In this document: positions 45,637 through 58,212 of the stretch, piece after piece | Position numbering within the stretch: position 1 is the first letter of the stretch | How the letters are laid out: each line of letters begins with the position of its first letter | Assembly (NCBI GenBank): GCA_051530055.1 | Contig: CM121341.1 | Span: 8,100,784-8,164,783 of the forward strand | Source of the DNA: Neoechinorhynchus agilis | Lineage: Eukaryota; Animalia; Acanthocephala | Length of the DNA: 64,000 nt | Reading direction: 5' to 3' | Notes under the pieces: model-generated | What the model saw: only the letters and a program-made list of their open reading frames with translations | Told to the model about the DNA's origin: nothing | Databases searched by the model: none | Made by a program: the position numbers and the translations under genes

Positions 45637-47200
45637 TTATCTTCGGATTTGCGATAGCTGTCTTAGTTCTTGAGTTATTCGTAAAGAAGCAGGTCTTTGT
45701 ATTTGCGTGTTTTTATTTGTACATTTAAACATTCTTGCACAAACAAAAACTCCGCACTTTGTAAAACGGTATTCGTTTTTAAAGGAGCAGAAATCATTCA
45801 CACTATCGCTCTGGATCTCTGAGATGCCGTTTTGGTGTAACGGTCGAAAGGACAGGAGGAATGCCCCTACTCTCGGATCGCCAGTGATTCGTCTCAATCT
45901 CTTAGACAATTCTTAGACCAGGTCCTGCGCCGCGGTACCAAACGACCCGAGCGTCTCGACGCCAAATGGAACAAAATAATGATTTCGACTCAGCTCCCTG
46001 TATTTAATCTTTTTACGTTCCTCAGCGGCGATATGGTGGCGAATTTTATGTTGCTGGCTGCGAATGGCGTCCCAGAGAAGGCATTTTCCTTCTCGCCACG
46101 GGAATACTGTGACACCGTCCGATCTACGACGGCCATCGAATCGGCCAAGATTGATCGGCTCTAGGATGTTGGACGCATTCACAGTATTCAGGGCACGGCT
46201 AACAGAATTGCGTTCACTTCGGCGTGTCGCCGACAGACGAGACCATGACGTCCCGATGGTTCTACGGTCCCTTCGGAACGGCAGCAAAGGGGTGTGCACA
46301 TCGATACCCCAAGTCTCAGGGACACTTTGATCTTTACTGTCTCGTCGGAGAGTACCCACAGAAAGTGATTGGGAGAGCTTTGAGCCAAGCACCCGATTCT
46401 CTTGTAGAGACTGCCGCCAATCGATTTCGGTTCACCAGGTCACTGGAATCTGAAATTAAAGAGTTATGAATTCTCGCTACCAGGGGCGAGTCCAAACTGA
46501 TTGTTTGCAACCATTGATGGAGACCTGCTCGCTGCCTGAATATCCAAACAAAAGATCAAGCTCCTCCACGAAATCTTCATCCAAAGTTTTAATTTTCGCC
46601 AAGCACGGATTTAACTACTTTGTAGCTTGCTTCATACGATCCCAAATAAGCTCGCAGCGAAATATTGGCTACTTTTCGGATACCCAAACCGTCGGACGAC
46701 ACAGGCAAGGATGCTTGATGCCAGGCCTCGTCCGACAGCTGAGTATTAAAAAATTTCTCGAGAAAGGCTTTCACCGTCTCGTCTAATTGTGCCAGCTCAT
46801 CCATATGTCTAAAAAAGGTGCTGTGCGCAGCTTATACAGCAGTTTTGGAATGAAGATGGTGTTCTTGATCAGGAGCAGAGCCTCATTTGAAGATATCGTT
46901 CACAATATAGTTTGCCTGGACGCCTCATCTTCCACGTTCATCACTAAAATCTCTGCCAATTTTCGCCGCCTTCTTCACCAGTGTCTCAAAATCGCGCAGT
47001 ACAACAGAGTGGTTACCTCCGAGCGTGGCATCGTACAGGTACCAGCCGTTAAATCTGGACTGGAGAGAGTGCGCGGCGGGATTGATTGCGAGTGGAAAGG
47101 TTATTGGGCCCAAAGGATCCCTTTGTTGAACTCCTATTTCTGACCACAAAACGTGGTTATTGAACAAAGGCAACCGAGTTGAATTCGCATTAAGCATTAA
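45637..47200 (-). mobile_element. Decayed CRE-like RLE retrotransposon (more diverged subfamily)
   Basis: GVQQRDPLGP; QASLPVSSDGLGIR; RLGVSMC..C.CR..GRHGLVCRRHAEVN; GRRRSDGVTVFPWREGKCLLWDA; KYREL..FVPFGVETLG (RLE PD..D-K region). Confidence 0.8.
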
Positions 47201-47369
47201 CGAAAAAGCGAAATGCTTCTGGTGCGTGATCTCTAACTACTTCGAGCAAATCTGCTCGATGAACTGTGTTGAAAGCGTTTAAAAAAATCACATTTCAAGA
47301 TCTCGCACGGCTTTGAGTTTTCGGTGATGAACGTGCGGAGTGAATGAACAATCGCCTCTGCGCAAGCGG

Positions 47370-48308
47370 CCATCCAAATTATTGTTTCGAACATCATTTC
47401 TTGAAATTTCTCTTCAAATCATTGCAATAAAATATTATCGTATTCACTGCATCGTTGGCGACGGCGTATTTTTTATCGATAATACTTTTAGTCCGACAAA
47501 AAAGAGATCTTCGGTACTAAATTCGATTTCATCAGACGGTTTTAAGGGTCTATTTTTCGAAACAGATCCTTCAGAGGTATTTTTAGTCGTTTTAACTCGT
47601 TCTCTAACCTCCGATACTCCGCATGTTAAAAACTCTGTGATCTTCGATCTACTTTTCCTCGTAATCTCGTAAAGAATATTGATTAGCCCGGATACACATC
47701 TCTCATCTTTCAAAAGCATTTGATTCATCGAATTCGTTTCTCGAACCGCGTCCTCTTGCAGTGACATTATCTCCTTTCGTGGATCTTTTGAGCTGAAATT
47801 CCTTTTTAATTTTGATTGTAACTCGATTTTTAAAAGAGCGTTCGCTTTGTTTCCAAACATTTCACTCACAATATTCAAAAATCCTTCTTTGCGTAATTCG
47901 CTCAAGCAAATTTTTCCTCTTAGAATATCTTCAAAATCATTCTTTACCCATCCGTAATTTATGACTTTGGAACCAGATTCATCCTCAACCAGTGACGGAG
48001 AGGAACGAAATATGGTGATCCCTCATTTGGAAGCTACTTTGCTTGCATTAAGATATTAAGACTATTCTTGTAGTCGGCAGTGATTTTCGTCAATATTTTC
48101 TTGAATTTGATCTCCATAGGAAACATTTTATACTTGAGACCTCATCATTGCACGGCCATTGTAAACATTTCGCAATTATCAATATCGTCAACGGTAACCT
48201 ATCGAGCCAATAATTCTCGTAGATTTCGTTTCGGAAACGAGTTTGTTTGAATGTTTGTGGGTAATTTTGTTTTTGAATTTGAAATAATTTTTTAATTTCA
48301 ATACTCAT
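47370..48308 (-). pseudogene. Diverged multi-module (TND-like) paralog, disrupted
   Basis: KRNLRELLAR*VTVDDIDNCEM matches module 1; DILRGKICLSELRKEGFLNIVSEMFGNK matches the module consensus. Confidence 0.65.
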
Positions 48309-48989
48309 TATTCACATTGGTTGCCCTTATGTTTTCGAATCTCTATGCTTTTTACATAATTACCGCATATTAATTAAATCCATTTTAATAAGTCGTCGAA
48401 GATTTAAATTGTAGAAAAATTGGAAGGTACGCTTTTTTTAATTCAGCAGAACAACCTTAAGTACTTTTACTGAAAATGTGCTTCGAAAGTTGGATTTCAT
48501 TCTGAATTAATCCTGGTTTTAATTTTCTTGCAAAAGACTTCGGGCTTTATTAAGACGTAAGATACTTATTTTAAAATCTCTTAAACGCTTAGGACCTTTT
48601 CAAAAAAGAATGAATTATTCACACTAAGAGCATTGCTCAAAAAACGTTTGTTTCAGGTTTAGAAATAACAATTAAATCTTATCGTCATCTGGACTCAATA
48701 TATTCCACATCCAAACAAATCTGGAAATTTTCGCTTCGCCCCTCAGAAGCGAAAAATTCCTTGGACGCTCACACTACCTCGCCTCTTAACACCACCTTTT
48801 CAACTCCCAATATCCTCTTGCCCCCCATCCCGCATACGCAGTTACCAGCCTTATGGTCCCTACACTCAAATCACCCCTTACTACAGTGTCCACCCACGAA
48901 TCCCTTACCACCGAACTACCCCGCCGGTCAACTCCCATCATTTCTCTCTCTGCACAGCTTTAACCCTCCCCGTCAGTGTCCAACCTTCG

Positions 48990-51290
48990 TGTGCCTTCTA
49001 GACATCCCTTTCCAATAATCTTTTATTCTAACATCCGCAACCTCCTCCCCAAACTGGATGAGCTCCATATGGTTGCCTCTTCTTGCAGCGCCGACATCCT
49101 TGTAATTACGGAAACATGGCTCTCACGCCATGGCAAATTATCTGCCTTCTTCCAAACTTTCAAGCTTTTCACCTCACAAGGGACTTCCGAAACAGGGGAG
49201 GCATATCGATCTTCATCCGCACCTCTCTCTTACCATTGCTCTTCACTCTACCTTTTCATCTCCGAAGATCTTGAATGTCTTCACATCCAACTTCAGCTCC
49301 CCCATCCGCAATGGGCAGCGTGAGATCTCTATCGCTGGCCTTTATCGCCCTCCTTTCTCAAACATCCCCAGGGCGATTTTACCAAACTGCCAATCCCGCC
49401 CTCGCTCTCTCATCTCTCCCAACTCGTTACTTTCACCACACGCTTCTCCTCCCGCCTTGATAAAAAATTTTCAAACATCAGGCAATACTCGTGCACTACC
49501 AAACTCCCCCCGATCGCCTCGTCTGACCATTGTTCCACCCTTCTCTCCCCCTCATCACCTCCAAAACATTCATTTTCCGACCCCTACGTTGTCTGGGATA
49601 AACGTGATCATCATACGCAATCCTTTGCTGCATGTGTCAATTCTCTTATCACGCAAAACCGCTCAACCATCTTTGGCATCGACCCCTCGATTGCAATGAG
49701 CTCTTTGTTAAATCAAATAGAATCTGCGATGAAGGACTCCTTTTCTCGCAAAACAATACGAATCTCGAACCGCGACCCTCCATGGTTCTCGCCTTTTCTA
49801 AAAACCCTTCAAATACAGACCACCAAAGCTTTCCGTTCAGATAATCCTGTTTACCCCTCCCTCCACTCCACACTGACCAAACGCATCCGTATAGCCCGCA
49901 AATTATTTTTCTCATCTCGTCTCTCGTCCGTTCCAAATCGAAACTGGTGGCGTGAAATAAAAAATGTCACTGGTATTGGAGGGGTCCCCCAAGGCGCCGT
50001 ACTTTCCCCTCTCCTCTTTGACATTTTTCTAAATGACCTCCATCCCCTCACTCCCCCTACCAAATATTTTCTCTATGCAGATGACCTCACAGTCATTACT
50101 ATCGCATCTCCCTCTCTCTCCCTCTCCACAACCATGAACGAGCTCAACCATCTCATTTCCTCCCTCTCCACCCTAAAGCTCTCCCTAAATTTATCCAAAT
50201 CTTTTGAGCTTGCCGCCCACATTTCTAAACGCAATCTTATCCCCCGCGCCTCTCCCTCTCCCCATCCAACGCTCCTCTTTTCTCCGGATACTGGGCCTGA
50301 TTTCCAAGAAAACCTTAAATGGGATGCCCACATTTCATTTACACTCTCTAAAGCAAACCCTCGTCATTACCTTCTCAAACTCCTCCGGCGTCTCGGCGTA
50401 TCCCCTAAACACCTTGCCCTCTTTTATCTTACTGCCATCCTTCCTATCCTTACATACGCTTTCCCCAATTGCCTCGCCTTTCCCGTCAATGCTCTCCATT
50501 CCCTCGAAACCTTCGGGACTTCACTCCCTCCCCTCGACGCCCACCCTCGATTGCAATGGGTTCTTTGTCAAATCTAATAGAATCTGCGATGAAGGCCTCC
50601 TTTCCTCGCAAAACTATACGAATATCAAACCGCGACCCTCCATGGTTCTCGCCTTTTCTAAAAACCCTTCAAATCCAGGTCACCAAAGCTTTCCGGTCAG
50701 GTAATCCCGCTTACCCCTCCCTCCACTCCACACTGACCAAACGCATCCGAATAGCCCGCAAAGTATTCCTCTCATCTCGTCTCTCGTCCGTTCCCAATCA
50801 AAACTGGTGGCGTGAAATAAAAAATGTCACCGGTCTTGGTAGATCCACCCCCTTCGCATCTCGCCCCAAATCTGATCTCCTCTCAATCCTTAACTCCATG
50901 AATAAAAACCTCTGTCCTCCCCAAACCTCCCATCCATTGTCCCAACCTCCCATCTCACGTTCTGACCCACCCATCCATACATGCCCTTCCCAAGTTTCCC
51001 CACTCAAAATCCTAGAGATCCTTAAACGCCTGCCCCGCCATTCTTCCACTAATTCGATTATCCCAAATTGGGCCATTTGTTTCATCATCCCTGAACTTAT
51101 CGATCCTTTAACGCACATAACGAACCTTAGCTTTCTATTGAGCTCTTTCCCATCGTGTCTTAAGGAAGCCCGTGTCGTCCCCCTACCCAAAAACAATAAA
51201 CAGATTTCCCCGCATCCTTTCGTCCCATCTCTATCCTCTCACCTTTCCCATCCTTCTCTCCTCTACATCACCTCAAAAATGTTCCTATTT
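48990..51290 (+). mobile_element. Rearranged APE-RT LINE remnants (CR1/L2-like)
   Basis: FYSNIRNL..DILVITETWL, GGISIFI, IAGLYRPP (APE); GVPQGAVLSPLLFDIFLNDL, FLYADDL (RT); C-rich strand; linker duplicated at 49680-49975 and 50545-50830. Confidence 0.85.
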
Positions 51291-51565
51291 TAAACAAACG
51301 AGATTCTGACTAGATATTTTCTTATATATTTTTACCCATCCTGGTAAAATTTTAAAAAATCCAGGAAAGACCTCTTGTTTATTCGTCTCTTTCTTTTCGT
51401 TTGTTCTTATGTTTTATATTCGCTGCTCTTTTGATCACAGTTTGTTGATTTGCGATTTCTTAACAACAAATCATAGAAAAACAAAACAAGATGACATCCA
51501 AAACAATTTCCCTTAGGTACAAAGTTCAATCAAAAAAACAAAGTTGATGTTTTCGAATTGGGGAG

Positions 51566-51573
51566 TATAAATA
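51566..51573 (+). promoter_or_regulatory. Candidate TATA box of the F genes (equivalents at 39986-39993 + and 8687-8694 -)
   Basis: gggagTATAAATAcgattcactcattc is conserved about 165 bp upstream of each F start codon. Confidence 0.4.
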
Positions 51574-51732
51574 CGATTCACTCATTCAATCAAGAAAGTT
51601 CGAACATAGAATCTTTCAATCGTCTCCAAGATTTCGGTCGATTATAGCGATCAACTCGATGAACATTTAAGTCGAATTCCTTCTTTATTAATATGAATTA
51701 AATTCATTTTTAATCTGACTTTTCCAATTTAG

Positions 51733-54700
51733 ATGTCTGATTCCAGGAAAAGCTCTACTCATTCTCATGATGATGGTGATGAATCATATCAAGGAAATAG
51801 AAATCAACGGATCGAAGGAAATTCATCAGAAACCAGTGAAGAATCGGTTATTCTTATTAGTGCGAAGGATCGACGAATAAATGCGTGGGGGCCGTACACC
51901 TACGCGGATTTGATCGCAAAAGCAATCCAAAGCAGCCCCGAAAAGAGGCTGAAACTACGTGAAATTTATTCATGGCTGGAGGACAACAATTTATATTTTA
52001 ATTATCGAATGGGCCCCGTCGAAAGTAGGCCTTGGAAGGTAAGTTTCCCATAACTTAAAATTTTAATGGCCGCCGATATTGTATTTAGAACGCAATTCGA
52101 CATTGCCTTACGATAAACAAAAAATTCGTTAAAATCGAGGACGACGATAATCCGAGAAGATCTTGGTGGACCATTGACCCGAATTACAGGGAGCCAGAAC
52201 CCAAAAGACCGGGCCGAAAACGTACAAATCCTGGATCAATGAACGATGATCGGAACAAACGGGCCCGGTCCTCATTTGAACCGAGAGATTTCGTTCATGC
52301 AGCACCCCATGAAATGAACAGGACGGTGGAAAATTCGAACGCAGCTAATTTAGTCCAAGGAATCTGTAATAACAGTACCAATATTGGAAATCGAAATGAA
52401 CAGTTGGGTTTTGGGAATATGGCACCCAATGGATATTTTCCAAATCAAAATTTGAACTTGGCGAACAACCACCGAGTAGAAAATACGAACGCAGCTAATT
52501 TAGTCCAAGGAATCCACAATAACAGTACCAATATTGGAAACGAACAGTTGGGTTTTGGGAATATGGCACCCAATGGATATTTTCCAAATCAAAATTTGAA
52601 CTTGGCGAACAACCACCGAGTAGAAAATACGAACGCAACTAATTTAGTCCAAGGAATCTATAATAACAGTACCAATATTGGAAATCGAAATGAACAGTTG
52701 GGTTTTGGGAATATGGCACCCAATGGATATTTTCCAAATCAAAATTTGAACTTGGCGAACAACCCCCGAGTAGAAAATTCGAACGCAGCTAATTTAGTCC
52801 AAGGAATCTATAATAACAGTACCAATATTGGAAACGAAATGAACAGTTGGGTTTTGGGAATATGGCACCCAATGGATATTTTCCAAATCAAAATTTGAAC
52901 TTGGCGAACAACCCCGAGTAGAAAATTCGAACGCAGCTAATTAGTCGGAATCTATAATAACATTATTGGGAAATGAACAGTTGGGTTTTGGGAATATGGC
53001 ACCCAATGGATATTTTCCAAATCAAAATTTGAACTTGGCGAACAACCACCGAGTAGAAAATTCGAACGCAGCTAATTTAGTCCAAGGAATCTATAATAAC
53101 AGTACCAATATTGGAAACCGAAATGAACAGTTGGGTTTTGGGAATATGGCACCCAATGGATATTTTCCAAATCAAAATTTGAACTTGGCGAACAACCCCC
53201 GAGTAGAAAATTCGAACGCAGCTAATTTAGTCCAAGGAATCTATAATAACAGTACCAATATTGGAATCGAAATGAACAGTTGGGTTTTGGGAATATGGCA
53301 CCCAATGGATATTTTCCAAATCAAAATTTGAACTTGGCGAACAACCACCGAGTAGAAAATACGAACGCAACTAATTTAGTCCAAGGAATCTATAATAACA
53401 GTACCAATATTGGAAAAACGGTTTTGGGAATATGGCACCCAATGGATATTTTCCAAATCAAAATTTGAACTTGGCGAACAACCCCCGAGTAGAAAATTCG
53501 AACGCAGCTAATTTAGTCCAAGGAATCTATAATAACAGTACCAATATTGGAAATGAACAGTTGGGTTTTGGGAATATGGCACCCAATGGATATTTTCCAA
53601 ATCAAAATTTGAACTTGGCGAACAACCCCCGAGTAGAAAATTCGAACGCAGCTAATTTAGTCCAAGGAATCTATAATAACAGTACCAATATTGGAAATGA
53701 ACAGTTGGGTTTTGGGAATATGGCACCCAATGGATATTTTCCAAATCAAAATTTGAACTTGGCGAACAACCCCCGAGTAGAAAATTCGAACGCAACTTAT
53801 TTAGTCCAAGGAATCTATAATAACAGTACCAATATTGGAAATGAACAGTTGGGTTTTGGGAATATGGCACCCAATGGATATTTTCCAAATCAAAATTTGA
53901 ACTTGGCGAACAACCCCCGAGTAGAAAATTCGAACGCAGCTAATTTAGTCCAAGGAATCTATAATAACAGTACCAATATTGGAAAGAAATGAACAGTTGG
54001 GTTTTGGGAATATGGCACCCAATGGATATTTTCCAAATCAAAATTTGAACTTGGCGAACAACCCCCGAGTAGAAAATTCGAACGCAGCTAATTTAGTCCA
54101 AGGAATCTATAATAACAGTACCAATATTGGAAATCGAAATGAACAGTTGGGTTTTGGGAATATGGCACCCAATGGATATTTTCCAAATCAAAATTTGAAC
54201 TTGGCGAACAACCCCCGAGTAGAAAATTCGAACGCAACTAATTTAGTCCAAGGAATCTATAATAACAGTACCAATATTGGAAACGAAATGAACAGTTGGG
54301 TTTTGGGAATATGGCACCCAATGGATATTTTCCAAATCAAAATTTGAACTTGGCGAACAACCCCCGAGTAGAAAATTCGAACGCAACTTATTTAGTCCAA
54401 GGAATCTATAATAACAGTACCAATATTGGAAATGAACAGTTGGTTTTGGGAATATGGCACCCAATGGATATTTTCCAAATCAAAATTTGAATTGCGAACA
54501 ACCCCGAGTAGAAATCGAAGCACTATTTAGTCCAAGGAATCTAAATAACAGTACCAATATTGGAAATGAACAGTTGGGTTTTGGGAATATGGCACCCAAT
54601 GGATATTTTCCAAATCAAAATTTGAACTTGGCGAACAACCCCCGAGTAGAAAATTCGAACGCAACTTATTTAGTCCAAGGAATCTATAATAACAGTACCA

Positions 54701-56720
54701 ATATTGGAAATCGAAATGAACAGTTGGGTTTTGGGAATATGGCACCCAATGGATATTTTCCAAATCAAAATTTGAACTTGGCGAACAACCCCCGAGTAGA
54801 AAATTCGAACGCAGCTAATTTAGTCCAAGGAATCTATAATAACAGTACCAATATTGAAACGAAATGAACAGTTGGGTTTTGGGAATATGGCACCCAATGG
54901 ATATTTTCCAAATCAAAATTTGAACTTGGCGAACAACCCCCGAGTAGAAAATTCGAACGCAACTAATTTAGTCCAAGGAATCTATAATAACAGTACCAAT
55001 ATTGGAAATCGAAATGAACAGTTGGGTTTTGGGAATATGGCACCCAATGGATATTTTCCAAATCAAAATTTGAACTTGGCGAACACCCCCGAGTAGAAAA
55101 TTCGAACGCAGCTAATTTAGTCAAGGAATCTATAATAACAGTACCAATATTGGAAATGAACAGTTGGGTTTTGGGAATATGGCACCTAATGGATATTTTC
55201 CAAATCAAAATTTGAACTTGGCGAACAACCCCCGAGTAGAAAATTCGAACGCAACTTTTAGTCCAAGGAATCTATAATAACAGTACCAATATTCGAAATG
55301 AACAGTTGGGTTTTGGGAATATGGCACCCAATGGATATTTTCCAAATCAAAATTTGAACTTGGCGAACAACCCCCGAGTAGAAAATTCGAACGCAGCTAA
55401 TTTAGTCCAAGGAATCTATAATAACAGTACCAATATTGGAAATCGAAATGAACAGTTGGGTTTTGGGAATATGGCACCTAATGGATATTTTCCAAATCAA
55501 AATTTGAACTTGGCGAACAACCCCCGAGTAGAAAATTCGAACGCAGCTAATTTAGTCCAAGGAATCTATAATAACAGTACCAATATTGGAAACGAAATGA
55601 ACAGTTGGGTTTTGGGAATATGGCACCCAATGGATATTTTCCAAATCAAAATTTGAACTTGGCGAACAACCCCCGAGTAGAAAATTCGAACGCAACTTAT
55701 TTAGTCCAAGGAATCTATAATAACAGTACCAATATTGGAAATCGAAAGAACAGTTGGGTTTTGGGAATATGGCACCCAATGGATATTTTCCAAATCAAAA
55801 TTTGAACTTGGCGAACAACCACCGAGTAGAAAATTCGAACGCAACTTATTTAGTCCAAGGAATCTATAATAACAGTACCAATATTGGAAACCGAAATGAA
55901 CAGTTGGGTTTTGGGAATATGGCACCTAATGGATATTTTCCAAATCAAAATTTGAACTTGGCGAACAACCCCCGAGTAGAAAATTCGAACGCAGCTAATT
56001 TAGTCCAAGGAATCTATAATAACAGTACCAATATTGGAAATCGAAATGAACAGTTGGGTTTTGGGAATATGGCACCTAATGGATATTTTCCAAATCAAAA
56101 TTTGAACTTGGCGAACAACCCCCGAGTAGAAAATTCGAACGCAACTTATTTAGTCCAAGGAATCTATAATAACAGTACCAATATTGGAAATGAACAGTTG
56201 GGTTTTGGGAATATGGCACCCAATGGATATTTTCCAAATCAAAATTTGAACTTGGCGAACAACCCCCGAGTAGAAAATTCGAACGCAACTTATTTAGTCC
56301 AAGGAATCTATAATAACAGTACCAATATTGGAAATGAACAGTTGGGTTTTGGGAATATGGCACCCAATGGATATTTTCCAAATCAAAATTTGAACTTGGC
56401 GAACAACCCCCGAGTAGAAAATTCGAACGCAGCTAATTTAGTCCAAGGAATCTATAATAACAGTACCAATATTGGAAATGAACAGTTGGGTTTTGGGAAT
56501 ATGGCACCCAATGGATATTTTCCAAATCAAAATTTGAACTTGGCGAACAACCCCCGAGTAGAAAATTCGAACGCAGCTAATTTAGTCCAAGGAATCTATA
56601 ATAACAGTACCAATATTGAAACGAAATGAACAGTTGGGTTTTGGGAATATGGCACCCAATGGATATTTTCCAAATCAAAATTTGAACTTGGCGGACAACC
56701 ACCGAGTAGAAAATACGAAT
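51733..56720 (+). pseudogene. F4: FoxO-type gene with about 30 Asn-rich repeats, frameshifted array, C-terminal domain absent
   Basis: Intact exon 1 (51733-52038), intron 52039-52088, exon 2 open to about 52835; array ends abruptly near 56720. Confidence 0.8.
52329..56720 (+). repeat. About 30 tandem copies of the 150/144-bp F unit
   Basis: 30 occurrences of ggatattttccaaatc counted between 52431 and 56661. Confidence 0.95.
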
Positions 56721-56842
56721 AGTTTGGGGATGATGTAGCGAAGAGCCCAGTCTTGGATTTCTGAATTAAAGGACGAATTTCGAGCTAATTTCTTGTGGTG
56801 CTGTAGTAATTATTTGTTAATAGGAGAGATAAATGAGATTAA

Positions 56843-56896
56843 GATTTTATTGGATATTTCGATCCACTCTCTCGGATCTTCTTCAGCGATCTAAAA
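56843..56896 (-). ncRNA. Minimal type I hammerhead ribozyme-like motif (degenerate stem I)
   Basis: CTGAAGA-a-GATCC-gagagagt-GGATC-GAAA-TATC followed by caataaa; lies 3' of a GIY-YIG ORF on the same strand. Confidence 0.6.
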
Positions 56897-57048
56897 CACA
56901 TATACACAGGGATTCTCAATTCACGCGTCACATAACATCCGGTGGGAGTCGCATCCTGAATTTGAAATCAGGTTTATTGCCCTCGAACGTTTCGAACCTA
57001 TTTATAAGGATTCGATGATAACACGTTCGAAACGCCGACTATTGCAAA

Positions 57049-57276
57049 CTAGTGTTGTAGCGGCTGGGCCACCACTACGGAACTAATATCCGTGTTGCGA
57101 ACAACTGATGATTCGTGAATCCGTCGGGTGAAATTGTTGGTCTGTCCCACATAGACCTGTTCGCAACCGGAGCACGGAATTTTGTAGACCGCACGAGATG
57201 ACTGTTGGCCATTCTTGGGACATATCAATCCGTGTACTCTCTCGGCCTCACATCCTGATTTTATGATGCGCTCCAT
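57049..57276 (-). mobile_element. GIY-YIG endonuclease fragment of a Penelope-like element
   Basis: AVYKIPCSGCEQVYVGQT..RRIHE is the PLE-type GIY-YIG with CxxC between the two motifs. Confidence 0.8.
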
Positions 57277-57509
57277 AGCAAGATAAGAATGATCATCAGG
57301 GAATTTTTCAAATTAAGAAATATTTCGAAAGAGGAAACCTCGCTTTATAGATTCTGAACTACGTATTCCAGACAGAAGCCCTTAATCCAAGCGGATTCAG
57401 CTTTCTGGCCTTGGTTAATTTTTTACGGGACACGACTTTTCTCCAATCTGAGGATTGTGGTAATAATTCCTTTGCAAACGAGCTCTACATGGCCAGTACA
57501 CGGACCGAA

Positions 57510-57575
57510 CCAACAAACTGATAACGAATCCGACGAGGTTGGCAGAACGTTTTTAATCGAAAAAAATTATTTACC
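57510..57575 (+). ncRNA. Degenerate tandem copy of the 57781 hammerhead
   Basis: aactgataacgaatccgacgaggttggcagaacgtttttaat, 273 bp upstream of the intact core. Confidence 0.5.
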
Positions 57576-57780
57576 GTGCGAAGACTTCTAAGCAATAATC
57601 CTAAAAAATGTCTGCTTAAGAAAAAGAACCAGCTCCAATGAGTTACCTAATTCTCCAAATGTCAAAGCTTTCAAGATTTTGATATTTGAGGAGGTACTGG
57701 GATTTATGATTAGGATTATTGTTAAGAAGTCTTCATCCGCGGTAAATAACGTTTTTATTAAAGATGTTTCGAAAACATTG

Positions 57781-57835
57781 TATTTTAGAACTGATGATGA
57801 ATCCGGCGAGGTTCGAAACGTCTTTAATAAAAAAC
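57781..57835 (+). ncRNA. Minimal type I hammerhead ribozyme
   Basis: CTGATGA-t-GAATC-cggcga-GGTTC-GAAA-CGTC; palindromic ACGT stem III; GUC site; AATAAA immediately downstream. Confidence 0.75.
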
Positions 57836-58212
57836 ATAATTTACCGGGCGAAGACGTGTATAGAATAATAAAATATCTATTAAAAGGACTAAAGGCTGAG
57901 CTACCCATAAAAAATGCTAAATAATCCAAATCTTTCAAGTGAATCTCGGTAACATTGCCAATTGAACCCATAAAATGTACCAGAGGAATACAGAGACCTT
58001 AAAAGAATAACGTTATCGTTTTATGACTAAAAAATGCGAGTACATTGTCAGGTTGGCTAAATTTGCTCATTTTTGACGTTTGCAATTGGCGAAGATTCCA
58101 AAAGCTTAAAATTGTCTTAAAAATAAAATGCTCATGAGTTTGTTGACTGTCCCATCGATCAATAGAAAGGCGGATTCTCGTGTTCATTTTAGTACTTTTT
58201 GTGTGAGTGAAA

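Noticed and set aside
51470-51545. CAAAACAA forkhead/IRE-like sites in the F promoter (autoregulation)
   Set aside because: Expected by chance in AT-rich DNA, and not identical across copies
51671-51732. Intron or trans-splice acceptor (ttttccaatttag) immediately before the F ATG
   Set aside because: The acceptor looks good but the donor is weak (GTCGAA); cis- versus trans-splicing cannot be decided without transcripts
52329-56720. CRISPR-like array (also considered for the 106-, 170-, 186- and 271-bp arrays)
   Set aside because: Contiguous units with no unique spacers, no cas genes, and a eukaryotic spliceosomal context
57588-57971. ORFs 57588-57971 (-) and 57679-57924 (+) as proteins
   Set aside because: They overlie the hammerhead hairpin; AT-rich open frames with no domain signature
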